Under the pieces are notes generated by a model, which was not told the DNA's origin, did not search any database, and saw nothing but the letters and a program-made list of their open reading frames with translations. Positions 41,590 through 49,728 of a stretch of 64,000 nt of DNA are shown one piece after another. This DNA is from a virus. The position numbers were made by a program, and so were the translations under genes. The stretch is from IMG/VR virus record IMGVR_UViG_3300043399_001092, positions 15,320 to 79,319 of that record; one strand, given 5' to 3'. How positions within the stretch are numbered: the first letter of the stretch is position 1; each line of letters opens with the position of its first letter.

Positions 41590-42125
41590 CAGATAATTGC
41601 TTTTTCAGATACCGTCATCTTCCTCTGACCTTTACCCACCAACCGGTTCTCCTCTTGCAACATTTCGTCCCTGGCAGATTTGTAAGCGTCCCAAAGTTTT
41701 TTGGTATTGCTCAACATTTTATCCAACGCATCACCGTTCTCAAGGTCGTAAGGTTGAGAAGCAAGAAACTTATCCCGTTCAACCAGTTTATCCCTCCAAC
41801 CCTTGAAGTTCCGCTCCGTGTCCGTCAAACATTTCTCTTCCCAAGCTTTCATACATTCGACAATCAGCTTGTTGTCCCAGTCAATAGGGTAAAAGTTTTC
41901 TTTGACTTGTTCCCTTCGATCGTCAACATTTAAGTTGTATAACGGATTCTTGGACGGATGCGGATCTTGACAAAGAAAGATGCACCACATCTCTTTGGAC
42001 GAGTTCACCGCACCCTTCGACTTGTCCTTCTTGAACAATTCGCAAAACGGCGACAATACCTTCATATGAGGGTTCAGCTCCCAGAAGTTGTTGTCAATGT
42101 CGAATATCTTGGATACGTTGATCAT
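41589..42125 (-). CDS. Probable terminase small subunit
   Basis: 178-aa helical protein immediately upstream of terL. Confidence 0.5.
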   Translation of the reverse strand: MINVSKIFDIDNNFWELNPHMKVLSPFCELFKKDKSKGAVNSSKEMWCIFLCQDPHPSKNPLYNLNVDDRREQVKENFYPIDWDNKLIVECMKAWEEKCLTDTERNFKGWRDKLVERDKFLASQPYDLENGDALDKMLSNTKKLWDAYKSARDEMLQEENRLVGKGQRKMTVSEKAII

Positions 42126-42592
42126 GGATTTACTACCAGTAGTTTACTCAAACCGGTCGGTCGGCAGTCCAAATGGTTCCAACCTTTGGTGTACTCTACG
42201 TTCTCCACCGTGGTCAGACCTTTGGCCATCAACCGTTGTTCGTTAGCAAAAATGATTCGGTTGACCTCTTTGCTATCCAGTTGAGAACGGTCTTTGGAAT
42301 TGCCGACAAATACCTGGATGTCCACAGCTCTACCAAATTTATGCTGAGAGAACTTGGCACCCATTGTTTCAGTAGGAAGCCGGAATCCAGACTTGGAACG
42401 ATTACCTCCCACATGCCAGTTGTTTATTACAATAGACACCTGCTTAGGATAGATCTCTTCAAAAATATCCCGTAGCTCTTGCAAAAAAGCAATGGTTCGA
42501 GGGTCAATAAACCACACCGAACGTTCACCGTAAGCATCCCAAATAGCCTCCGGTACCAGTTCCCGGATGTCAAAGTTGTTACTTACTTTCAT
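42122..42592 (-). CDS. Peptidase M15 family endolysin
   Basis: SGFR, SQHKFGRAVD and WNHLD zinc-peptidase motifs. Confidence 0.88.
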   Translation of the reverse strand: MKVSNNFDIRELVPEAIWDAYGERSVWFIDPRTIAFLQELRDIFEEIYPKQVSIVINNWHVGGNRSKSGFRLPTETMGAKFSQHKFGRAVDIQVFVGNSKDRSQLDSKEVNRIIFANEQRLMAKGLTTVENVEYTKGWNHLDCRPTGLSKLLVVNP

Positions 42593-42860
42593 TGATGCGG
42601 ATGTTTATCGTTACCGTTTTTTTACCCGTCTTGTCCGTAATACGAATAGTCCGGGTACTGTTCATATGCCCCTCATACAAAGGGTACTTCTTGGTAGCAT
42701 CCTCAATACGAGGAGCTTTATAGGAAAACACTACGTTTCCGCTGTTGATGTTGATGATTTCCATACATCCACAACCCACTTCTGCCTTTAGAACATCTTG
42801 ATCGTGTTCATAGACGTGGATTGTCTTGGTTTTTTCCGTAACCTGAATGTCCATTTCCAT
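42579..42860 (-). CDS. Hypothetical protein (Ig-like, GCGC)
   Basis: Co-oriented ORF in the operon. Confidence 0.55.
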   Translation of the reverse strand: MEMDIQVTEKTKTIHVYEHDQDVLKAEVGCGCMEIININSGNVVFSYKAPRIEDATKKYPLYEGHMNSTRTIRITDKTGKKTVTINIRINESK

Positions 42861-42866
42861 AGCACC

Positions 42867-43097
42867 TTAGTTGAAGCAACCGCTTTCGCACGGTTTGGAT
42901 GAATAAAAAAGATGGGGCGTTTTGCATCCGCAGTTGATGCAGCTCTTTTGAGTCAGACAAAAGGGAGATTTCTTCTCTACCTTCAGTGCCTTTTCCATTG
43001 CTCTCTTTCTCCTTTTTGGGAAAAACGCTCTGAAAGTATAAAAGAAATGCCCTTCCAAGTACCATACTACCTTTTGAAGACTGGAGTAACTAAACAT
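42867..43097 (-). CDS. Small Cys-rich protein
   Basis: C..C.NCGC...C...C cluster; start uncertain. Confidence 0.5.
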   Translation of the reverse strand: MFSYSSLQKVVWYLEGHFFYTFRAFFPKRRKRAMEKALKVEKKSPFCLTQKSCINCGCKTPHLFYSSKPCESGCFN

Positions 43098-43621
43098 AAT
43101 TCAAACTTTTCCGGTGACAAAAAACTCTTTTGGGCCAACAGCATACTTCCGCTTTTAAACTGCCAACCCGCTACACCGCTTATATTCAGCGGATAACCTA
43201 TTGCGGCACCAAGATACAAACCTTTTCTGTATTCCGATACCTTCTTCGTTCTGTTGATTGTCACCGTGTTCGTTATTACCCTCTCCGGTACAGTAACCAA
43301 GTACTGAATATTAGACTCATACACCCGGCCGCCGGCTACAATAACGTTCTCAATACTTACCAAACTGTCTTCGATGTTCTGTACATACCGATACACCGTA
43401 TCCCTGTACACCGTGTCCCAGTACACCACCGGCACACTGTCAACCAACACCGACTTAATAGTATCTCTACGAACCCGGTTTATCAACACCGTGTCCGATA
43501 CCTGTACCGTATCTATTACAACCTCTCTGTCAACCCGTATCGAACGATCACAGGAACGAAAGGTCATAAATACTAAAGCCGCCACAAGGACGGCTATGAT
43601 TATCAATTTTCGATCAAGCAT
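43067..43621 (-). CDS. Membrane-anchored lysis accessory (spanin-like) protein
   Basis: Start moved to ATG 43621; N-terminal TM, DTV repeats, beta-rich C-terminus; near the endolysin. Confidence 0.55.
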   Translation of the reverse strand: MLDRKLIIIAVLVAALVFMTFRSCDRSIRVDREVVIDTVQVSDTVLINRVRRDTIKSVLVDSVPVVYWDTVYRDTVYRYVQNIEDSLVSIENVIVAGGRVYESNIQYLVTVPERVITNTVTINRTKKVSEYRKGLYLGAAIGYPLNISGVAGWQFKSGSMLLAQKSFLSPEKFELCLVTPVFKR

Positions 43622-44220
43622 TGGATAAGGTGCGGAGGAACCAAGAAATATCCAAAATGCGGATTGGTGTAACTCTTCGGCGGAACATCGTCCGTGGACC
43701 AATGCGTAAACCCATGCTCCAAGTAAAAAGCATCAGCCGCTGCCAAATACCTCGGTGTAATAACCACCGGGGACAACTGAACCAACGAACCCTGGGGAAT
43801 ACTGTTTACGTTGGAAGCCACTACAAAAGCCTTCCGGGTAAACTTGTCGTAGTCGTTGTCAACAGCCTTAGTACCAACCCCGGCTTTGGTATCACTCACA
43901 ATCTTCTTGGCTCCGTTCATCAGCAGAAGAGAACCTTCTTTGATCTCAGGTACTTCGTGGGTAAACACTCTTACCAATACCCCGTTAAGAGGCTTTAGGC
44001 TGCCATACAACGGGTCAATCGTCGTTACCGACTCATTGTACTGCCGGGTAGCTTCAACCTCCTTGTCGTGGTTCTCACGAAGCTCCTTGAGGCGCATAGA
44101 CTCCTTTTCTTCAGCAGACAACAATAGCCCACCTTCGGTACGCTCAATGCTCTTAGACACCGAGGGATAAGACACAATCTCCCTCTTATAAGGGTCTTTG
44201 ACAAAATCGTTAAAAGTCAT
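43603..44220 (-). CDS. GroES-like co-chaperonin domain protein
   Basis: LKPLNGVLVR...EGSLLL...KAFVVAS...IPQGSLVQL parallels the GroES pattern LKPL.DRVLV...GGI.L...VVAVG...VKVGD.V. Confidence 0.5.
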   Translation of the reverse strand: MTFNDFVKDPYKREIVSYPSVSKSIERTEGGLLLSAEEKESMRLKELRENHDKEVEATRQYNESVTTIDPLYGSLKPLNGVLVRVFTHEVPEIKEGSLLLMNGAKKIVSDTKAGVGTKAVDNDYDKFTRKAFVVASNVNSIPQGSLVQLSPVVITPRYLAAADAFYLEHGFTHWSTDDVPPKSYTNPHFGYFLVPPHLIQCLIEN

Positions 44221-44587
44221 GGTTGCGGTTTTTCGTTCGTTTCACTGTTCTTTCATACTTGCCGTCTGGATTACATATCCATCCATCCAGACTTCCATAT
44301 TCTGCAAGTACATCCTCTCTGTCCCGTATTTCAACCTGTTGCTTTACAGGACGCTTTCTCTGACTCTTGATAACCGATTCTTCCCAATCAGCTAAAAAAG
44401 TCCTATATGCTTCCGATTTATGAGGGTTGTTCTTCCTGGCAATAATCCCCGATTCATTCGGCTGAATACTGCAAAAATGCGGTATTACAATACCACCACT
44501 AACTGCAAACCGATCCCTCATCAATAAGTACATCGACTTCCAGAACTGCTGAACAACCTCCTCCTCAACCGTTCTCTTTTTTCTCAT
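44210..44587 (-). CDS. Hypothetical, possibly HU/IHF-like protein
   Basis: Helix followed by IVIPHFCSI, resembling the HU V.I..FG.F segment. Confidence 0.45.
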   Translation of the reverse strand: MRKKRTVEEEVVQQFWKSMYLLMRDRFAVSGGIVIPHFCSIQPNESGIIARKNNPHKSEAYRTFLADWEESVIKSQRKRPVKQQVEIRDREDVLAEYGSLDGWICNPDGKYERTVKRTKNRNHDF

Positions 44588-44988
44588 TGCTTGTTCAACT
44601 TAAAGCAAACAGCAAACTCTACTTCCTCGTGCCGCAGAATACCCTTGGCAAATATCTTCCACTTCTCATTCAATCCCATTGCTCCCGTAGCACTGTCGTA
44701 CCACACAACATCCTCCTTGACCAAATCACCCTTAGTGATGTAGATCAAACTCTTCTTACACTCCATTTCTTTGCAGAAATACTCCATGTCACTCTCCGAT
44801 GATGTACTCCATACCCGGTCCGGGTACTCCATCATCAACGACAACATCTTTATCTCCCGGTCACGAAGACCAGTCTTCAACATGTCCAATAGACAATAAA
44901 AAGCATCCGAAGGCTTCACCTCCAAAAACTTCTTATTAACTACTATACTGCTTATTCCTTCAGTTACGTTTAAGTACATCATATTCAA
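44584..44988 (-). CDS. Hypothetical, possible winged-helix DNA-binding protein
   Basis: LRDREIKML...FCKEMEC....IY..K..LVKE pattern. Confidence 0.5.
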   Translation of the reverse strand: MNMMYLNVTEGISSIVVNKKFLEVKPSDAFYCLLDMLKTGLRDREIKMLSLMMEYPDRVWSTSSESDMEYFCKEMECKKSLIYITKGDLVKEDVVWYDSATGAMGLNEKWKIFAKGILRHEEVEFAVCFKLNKQ

Positions 44989-45333
44989 AGTAGTTAATTA
45001 CCGTTTCTTCAGAGATGCTCTCTCCCCCTGGCCGCGATTAGGTTTTAACCTCTTCGCAACTTGGAGGACCTTACATCCCCGGATGACCAACAAGTTTCAT
45101 CTACGCCGTACGTTCGTCTCTCGACCTCACCTCCAGGAGAACTCCAAAAGCTAAAATATCCCCAATAGCACATGTTCTCCCCCGTAGAATCCCCTCCATG
45201 TTGATCTCACAGCCTCCCGTTCATTATGTTTCTCCTAAGAGCATGAACATCTTGCTGCCGAGAGCCAAGGTCTTTACTGCATTTCGAATGGTATGTATCC
45301 CTGGCGAGTCGGATCGCTATCTTCATAGCAACG

Positions 45334-45341
45334 CAAATATA
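45334..45341 (-). promoter_or_regulatory. Bacteroidota -7 element (TATATTTG) heading the minus-strand operon
   Basis: Exact TAnnTTTG at the divergence point. Confidence 0.55.
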
Positions 45342-45510
45342 CAACCACTTTACTCTGTTTTTAGTTCCTGCACTCAAAAAAATTTTTCTGGAAATTTTTG
45401 GAATCCTACAAAAAATTTTTATGGTGAGTTGTGGATGGGGGTTTCCCCCACCATACCCCGGTATTAACGACAGGGGCGATATTGCCCCCGTCATTCAAAA
45501 TAACTTCGTT

Positions 45511-45948
45511 ATGGAGAACATTTTTCTTGGGTTTGAACCCGAAATCAACGAAGTGACCGGTGCCCTCGAGTGGCACGGTCGTGCTACAGTAGTAAGCGTT
45601 GACGACGAGGTCGTCGAACGCACAGCCAAAGACAATAGCGTAAAACGCTATCGTCGAATGACAATCTCTCTCCGCAACTTTGCGGGAGAGACCGTCCTTT
45701 CACCGTGCAACACGCCGGTGAAAGACACCGTGACCGAACCAAAGGTCGGTCAGGTGATCGACGTGCGGTATTCCTACCGCAACGGTCGGACCGATTTCAA
45801 TCGGTCCTTCCCGAAAGGCTCATCGTCTCGGTTAACCGAGAACGATATGCGCCAAGACCTTGCTAATCAGCATTTCGCTGATAAGCTCAAGGCCTTGAAA
45901 AACTTCACGGCGGCCGTCAAGGTTGAACCCACCGGAGCTACTGAATAG
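45511..45948 (+). CDS. First early gene; possible OB-fold ssDNA-binding protein
   Basis: ATG 45511; beta-rich with KVGQVIDVRY; biased codons; followed by a terminator. The product call is a guess. Confidence 0.6.
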   Translation: MENIFLGFEPEINEVTGALEWHGRATVVSVDDEVVERTAKDNSVKRYRRMTISLRNFAGETVLSPCNTPVKDTVTEPKVGQVIDVRYSYRNGRTDFNRSFPKGSSSRLTENDMRQDLANQHFADKLKALKNFTAAVKVEPTGATE

Positions 45949-45973
45949 TAGCTCTGGGGGTTCACCCCTTTTT
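45932..45973 (+). terminator. Tandem hairpins / terminator
   Basis: ccggagctact/agtagctctgg then gggg-ttca-cccc-ttttt. Confidence 0.65.
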
Positions 45974-45983
45974 ACCTTTTGAC

Positions 45984-46375
45984 GATAAGGGTGGTACCAA
46001 CCACGCACACCGTCAAACGTTGATGCAGTTACGTAAAAACTGCAAACCACCCACGCAAACTTCCCCGCAGGGGGTAAACATACACCTCTTCATTATGAAT
46101 TGTTGTGTGGAGTTTGCATAAGAAGAGTGAGAGAAAAATCACTATAATATAACCGGTTACTGCCCTTACACATGGCGCCGCAGTAAGTAATGTGTAACTG
46201 ACCGAATCAATAGTGTAGTGTTGCTTTAAATATGTATCTTTGGTCGCAAGACACTGGTACATAGCACTATTGATCGTAATGATTTACTGTTGGGTTAGCG
46301 ACCGACAGTTAGTATACCGTTTCGCTAACGGTGCGTGGCTTATCCTACTTAAACGGCCCAGAAAACGATAGTAGG
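45984..46375 (+). ncRNA. Large multi-pseudoknot structured RNA (unassigned family)
   Basis: No credible + strand ORF; closing helix gataag/cttatc plus about five crossing stem pairs (see findings). Confidence 0.7.
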
Positions 46376-46378
46376 CGG

Positions 46379-46446
46379 GAAACATTCGTCCAGTGGTAGG
46401 ACACCTGATTCTTCAGGAGGCAAGGGTTCGATTCCCTTATGTTTCG
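46379..46446 (+). tRNA. tRNA-like RNA (Glu-type D arm) with collapsed 4-nt anticodon loop
   Basis: Acceptor GAAACAT/ATGTTTC, D arm GTCC-AGTGGTA-GGAC, CCTGA-TTCT-TCAGG, T arm AAGGG-TTCGATT-CCCTT. Confidence 0.75.
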
Positions 46447-46478
46447 CATTTCTTTCACCATTTAATTCTTTTTCTGTC

Positions 46479-46697
46479 ATGGAAACAGTTTATGTTCAGA
46501 TAGATGCGACTGTCTCCTCCGATGAGCGTGGGGAGAAAGTCCATGCTATTATCACCTCTATGTCTGGAGAGGTGATAGTGGATGCGGTGTTTGGGGATTG
46601 TTTCTCCGCACCGACACCAGACGCTTCGGGTAAACCGAAGCAAGTCCGTCGTAGAGAGATCTACGAAGACTGGATTCAACGTTACGGAAAGCGTTGA
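46479..46697 (+). CDS. Hypothetical early protein
   Basis: ORF with pyrimidine/A-rich leader. Confidence 0.65.
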   Translation: METVYVQIDATVSSDERGEKVHAIITSMSGEVIVDAVFGDCFSAPTPDASGKPKQVRRREIYEDWIQRYGKR

Positions 46698-46700
46698 GTC

Positions 46701-46732
46701 CAAGGGGGCGCAGCATCCCTTTATCACACTGC
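46701..46732 (+). repeat. Intergenic repeat copy 1 (CAAGGGGG..GCAGCATCCCTTTA..ACTGC), small pseudoknot
   Basis: Near-identical to 47024-47058. Confidence 0.65.
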
Positions 46733-46762
46733 ATTTCTTTTCATCCTTAATACTTTTTTATC

Positions 46763-47014
46763 ATGAAACTGTTTATCGAAGTGGCCAATGGCCAACTCAT
46801 TCTTTCCTCCGAAGACGGAAATTCCGTTCACTTCCCCAGCAAAGGGGAAGATTCCCCCAAGAGGGAGATTTCTGTTTCCGAGTATCGGGAACAGATGAAC
46901 AAGTGTATCCGCAGAATCAGCGGCCCCGAAGGGGGCTGCTATGATGTGGAAACACAACAAGCCTTTGTGTACGGCTTTATAGCCGGACTCAAGGCTGCGG
47001 GTAAATTTGTTTAA
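46763..47014 (+). CDS. Hypothetical early protein
   Basis: ORF with typical leader. Confidence 0.65.
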   Translation: MKLFIEVANGQLILSSEDGNSVHFPSKGEDSPKREISVSEYREQMNKCIRRISGPEGGCYDVETQQAFVYGFIAGLKAAGKFV

Positions 47015-47023
47015 GTTTACCTG

Positions 47024-47058
47024 CAAGGGGGAAGGCAGCATCCCTTTAAGTAACTGCC
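47024..47058 (+). repeat. Intergenic repeat copy 2, small pseudoknot
   Basis: Near-identical to 46701-46732. Confidence 0.65.
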
Positions 47059-47079
47059 ATTTTTTATCATTCATAAAAT

Positions 47080-47370
47080 ATGCACACTATGGCATTTTTG
47101 ATGAATGCGTTCTCGTTGCAGATGGTCACGGAGTTTCCGTGTACTATCAGCATCGAGGAGGTCAACCAGCTCCCAGAGGGACTTGAGTCGGCCATTGGAC
47201 ATCAAGACACGGCTAACGTGTTGGGTGTTCCAATGAACCGGGTCAACGTGTCTCTGTCGAAGGGTGACGTTGCTTATGTAGCTCAGCTACAAGGCGGTCG
47301 TCTTCCTGAGGGGAGTACTACCTTACCTGAAGGCTTCTCTTTGAAGTTTTTCAAGGTAACGGTAGGTTGA
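47080..47370 (+). CDS. acrIII-1: AcrIII-1 / DUF1874 (STIV B116-like) cA4 ring nuclease
   Basis: NAFSLQM, SAIGHQDTA (catalytic His), NRVNVSL..GD and RLPEG motifs in family order. Confidence 0.85.
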   Translation: MHTMAFLMNAFSLQMVTEFPCTISIEEVNQLPEGLESAIGHQDTANVLGVPMNRVNVSLSKGDVAYVAQLQGGRLPEGSTTLPEGFSLKFFKVTVG

Positions 47371-47546
47371 CTACGCGAACGTGGTAGGAGGCATCCTTTG
47401 ACCACAGTGAAGGACAGGTTTTCGGTTATCTGTCGAAGTATGCAAAAGCCGAATAAATCCCAGTACACAGGTATCTAATAAATACTTGTGTACTGGTTGG
47501 GTCACAGCCACTATGTGGTGCTCTGGAAGACAAATCCGAACAGAGT
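47371..47546 (+). ncRNA. Structured intergenic RNA with pseudoknot and 15-bp hairpin
   Basis: gacagg/tctgtc crossing ttcggtt/agccgaa; ccagtacacaggtat/atacttgtgtactgg; tgacc/ggtca closure. Confidence 0.5.
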
Positions 47547-47593
47547 TAAATGTGATTGAGGTAGTATCTTTTCACCACCCAAATTTTAGATCC

Positions 47594-47989
47594 ATGAAAA
47601 AAGTAGCTGTTTCCTTTTCGGTATGGAGCCATCCGGACCTTGCCGTTCCGTGTTTGGAGTTTATGGGGATTGAAATTCCCCAAAACTTAAGTGACACCTA
47701 TGATCTCTACCACTTTGCATGGGATCATATTGACGCAAAGGAAGCCGACGATCCTCAGATTGTTGCCTTCCTTGAGGAGTGGATTAAAACCCACCCTGAA
47801 GATGCTCGGCTTCTGGAAGAAGTCGAAGATGGACTCTCTTGGAACATCCAGGAAAGTGACGGATACCTGTTCCTCAACAAATTTTTGGAGGTTTCCTCCG
47901 AGGAGTTGTTGGAGGGACTTTCTCAAGAGAAGGTTGATCTTCTGAAACACTGCCACGGAAAAGTGGTGGTTAAGGAGTTTCAACCTTAG
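47594..47989 (+). CDS. Hypothetical acidic protein
   Basis: Start moved to ATG 47594 after a typical leader. Confidence 0.7.
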   Translation: MKKVAVSFSVWSHPDLAVPCLEFMGIEIPQNLSDTYDLYHFAWDHIDAKEADDPQIVAFLEEWIKTHPEDARLLEEVEDGLSWNIQESDGYLFLNKFLEVSSEELLEGLSQEKVDLLKHCHGKVVVKEFQP

Positions 47990-48102
47990 CTGCATCACCA
48001 CGAGGACTGAAACCGGTCCTTGTGGTGAAAAGAGAACCTGAATTAACAGGTGCAAGGGTAGTTGGTACTATCCATTTTTATTCATTCCTCAATCTATTCT
48101 AT

Positions 48103-48219
48103 ATGGATCAGTTGTCTTATTTCATCGTTTCCACATCGGTTTTTGTAGCTTTTGTGGGAACAGTATGTTTCATTGCAGTTGTGATTGCCAAGGTATTTGA
48201 GTACCTTAGCAACCGATAA
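48103..48219 (+). CDS. Single-TM peptide (38 aa)
   Basis: MDQLSYFIVSTSVFVAFVGTVCFIAVVIAKVFEYLSNR after a typical leader. Confidence 0.55.
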   Translation: MDQLSYFIVSTSVFVAFVGTVCFIAVVIAKVFEYLSNR

Positions 48220-48235
48220 TTGTCCCCACGGTTTT

Positions 48236-48273
48236 TGTGCATTTCTCCGTTTACCCAGAAATGCACATTTTTT
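48236..48273 (+). terminator. Intrinsic terminator
   Basis: tgtgcatttct/agaaatgcaca followed by a T run. Confidence 0.6.
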
Positions 48274-48297
48274 ACTAACCCATAATTCCACCAAAAT

Positions 48298-48540
48298 ATG
48301 GATTTTTGTGACGCATTGAAACAATGGTCTGCAATGGGCCACACAACCTCCCGTAAGACAGAAGAGGACGGCACATACACCGTTTTCTTCCTCAAAGACG
48401 GAGTACAGGTAGGATACTTCAAAGCAGTTCCCGGTTTCGGGTCCTACTGGGAGTATCCTGATGAACTAATTAAAACCACGGAAGAAACCGAACTGACAGC
48501 GGAAGACTGTTGGGACGGTGATGATTCCTATTGTGAATAA
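48298..48540 (+). CDS. Hypothetical acidic protein
   Basis: ORF with typical leader. Confidence 0.65.
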   Translation: MDFCDALKQWSAMGHTTSRKTEEDGTYTVFFLKDGVQVGYFKAVPGFGSYWEYPDELIKTTEETELTAEDCWDGDDSYCE

Positions 48541-48557
48541 TTTAAACCCCTTTCACC

Positions 48558-48788
48558 ATGAAACAGTACACCTGGACGACCCGTGACGGTCGCAAACTGG
48601 ATGTTGACACCATTACGGATGTTCAACATCTCCGCAACATTATCAAGATGATGATGCGGAATGAACAACGGCTCTTAAATGCCGTCAACAAATCCAACGG
48701 TAAATCTTTTTCTCTTAACGGAGACATGGCTCAATTCTCGATCGACCAGATCGAGGATGATCGCATGGATCCTCAAACTTCTTTCTAA
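48558..48788 (+). CDS. Hypothetical protein
   Basis: WTTRDG.....I...HLRNI motif common in small phage proteins. Confidence 0.7.
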   Translation: MKQYTWTTRDGRKLDVDTITDVQHLRNIIKMMMRNEQRLLNAVNKSNGKSFSLNGDMAQFSIDQIEDDRMDPQTSF

Positions 48789-49132
48789 TGACAAGAATTA
48801 TTGCACCGGTAACAACTCTGGTTATCGGTTTTTCTGCTTTGGTTCTCGGTATCTACATAGGTGCCGAGAACTTTAATCGGGACCGCTGCATCCCGGTTAA
48901 ATCACAATCGCAGCGTACTGTAAACAAAGGGACGGAGAAGGTATCCTTCACCAGTCTCTTTGCAGACACCGAGGAAGAGTTCCAAGCTCTTCTTCGGGAG
49001 TACAAAGAAGAAGGCTACGTGGTAGCCAACCAAGTGAAAGACCCGGTGACAAACCGGAAGTTTGCTCACTTGGTGCTACCCGACGGCAGTTACCTGTACC
49101 TTCACGGGTACATCCATCAACCTAAACACTAA
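48788..49132 (+). CDS. Membrane-anchored hypothetical protein
   Basis: N-terminal TM helix; coupled to the upstream stop. Confidence 0.65.
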   Translation: MTRIIAPVTTLVIGFSALVLGIYIGAENFNRDRCIPVKSQSQRTVNKGTEKVSFTSLFADTEEEFQALLREYKEEGYVVANQVKDPVTNRKFAHLVLPDGSYLYLHGYIHQPKH

Positions 49133-49152
49133 CCTCAATCCCTCTTTCAACC

Positions 49153-49722
49153 ATGAAACAGTTTTTCTTCTTCCTCACGGTCTTTTGCGCAACCGTTACC
49201 AATGCGCAAACCTCGTTCTTTGTTTCTGTTGATCAACCGGTAAACGGTTTCAACGACAGTACTGAAACCAGGGTTGCCCTGGAAATCTCCCAATATGAGT
49301 TGGGGGCAATGACAATGGTACTTACCCCGGCAGAGGTAAGACTGTCGCAGAAGGATGTATGTATCTTAGCCAAAGTCGGTGGCCGTGTAGGTCACACCTT
49401 TGGTGACTTAAACTACAACCCCAGAGCCATGTGGCTTTCGATCTACGGATCGTTCCATTGGGGTATTGGATACCAAGAGAGCTTTGATGTGGAGAATCCC
49501 ACAAAGAAGTTCCAAGTGGCTATTGATGGCAATATTGGTGCATCCATTCGTCTTTGGGACAATGGGTACAACAAGGGAGCTATCAAGATTGAGTACGGTG
49601 GACGCTTTAGATTCTTCAACGACCAGTTCGGGGAAGACTTCAAAGTGTTCCCTACTGTTGGTCTTCAAGTAGGATTCTCCGGTAATGGCAACATGCCGGA
49701 AATCCCGTGCTATACGTTTTGA
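49153..49722 (+). CDS. Secreted protein, probable small outer-membrane beta-barrel
   Basis: Signal peptide ending TNA-Q; alternating amphipathic Gly/aromatic strands ending VFPTVGLQVGF. Confidence 0.6.
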   Translation: MKQFFFFLTVFCATVTNAQTSFFVSVDQPVNGFNDSTETRVALEISQYELGAMTMVLTPAEVRLSQKDVCILAKVGGRVGHTFGDLNYNPRAMWLSIYGSFHWGIGYQESFDVENPTKKFQVAIDGNIGASIRLWDNGYNKGAIKIEYGGRFRFFNDQFGEDFKVFPTVGLQVGFSGNGNMPEIPCYTF

Positions 49723-49728
49723 TCACCG

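Noticed and set aside
45207-45494. Minus-strand 95-aa ORF in the divergence region
   Set aside because: Spans the promoter and A/T tracts with no recognisable features; at most a 39-aa peptide from ATG 45326, unsupported
46042-46077. tmRNA-like tag frame GCA AAC...TAA (ANHPRKLPRRG) in the pseudoknot RNA
   Set aside because: The resume codon lies in a predicted stem, the peptide lacks an Ala-Ala-type end, and there is no Ala acceptor stem with G3.U70 around the RNA; not called tmRNA
46701-46732. preQ1-I riboswitch resemblance of the mini-pseudoknot
   Set aside because: Lacks the A-rich tail and conserved loop nucleotides; no queuosine genes downstream
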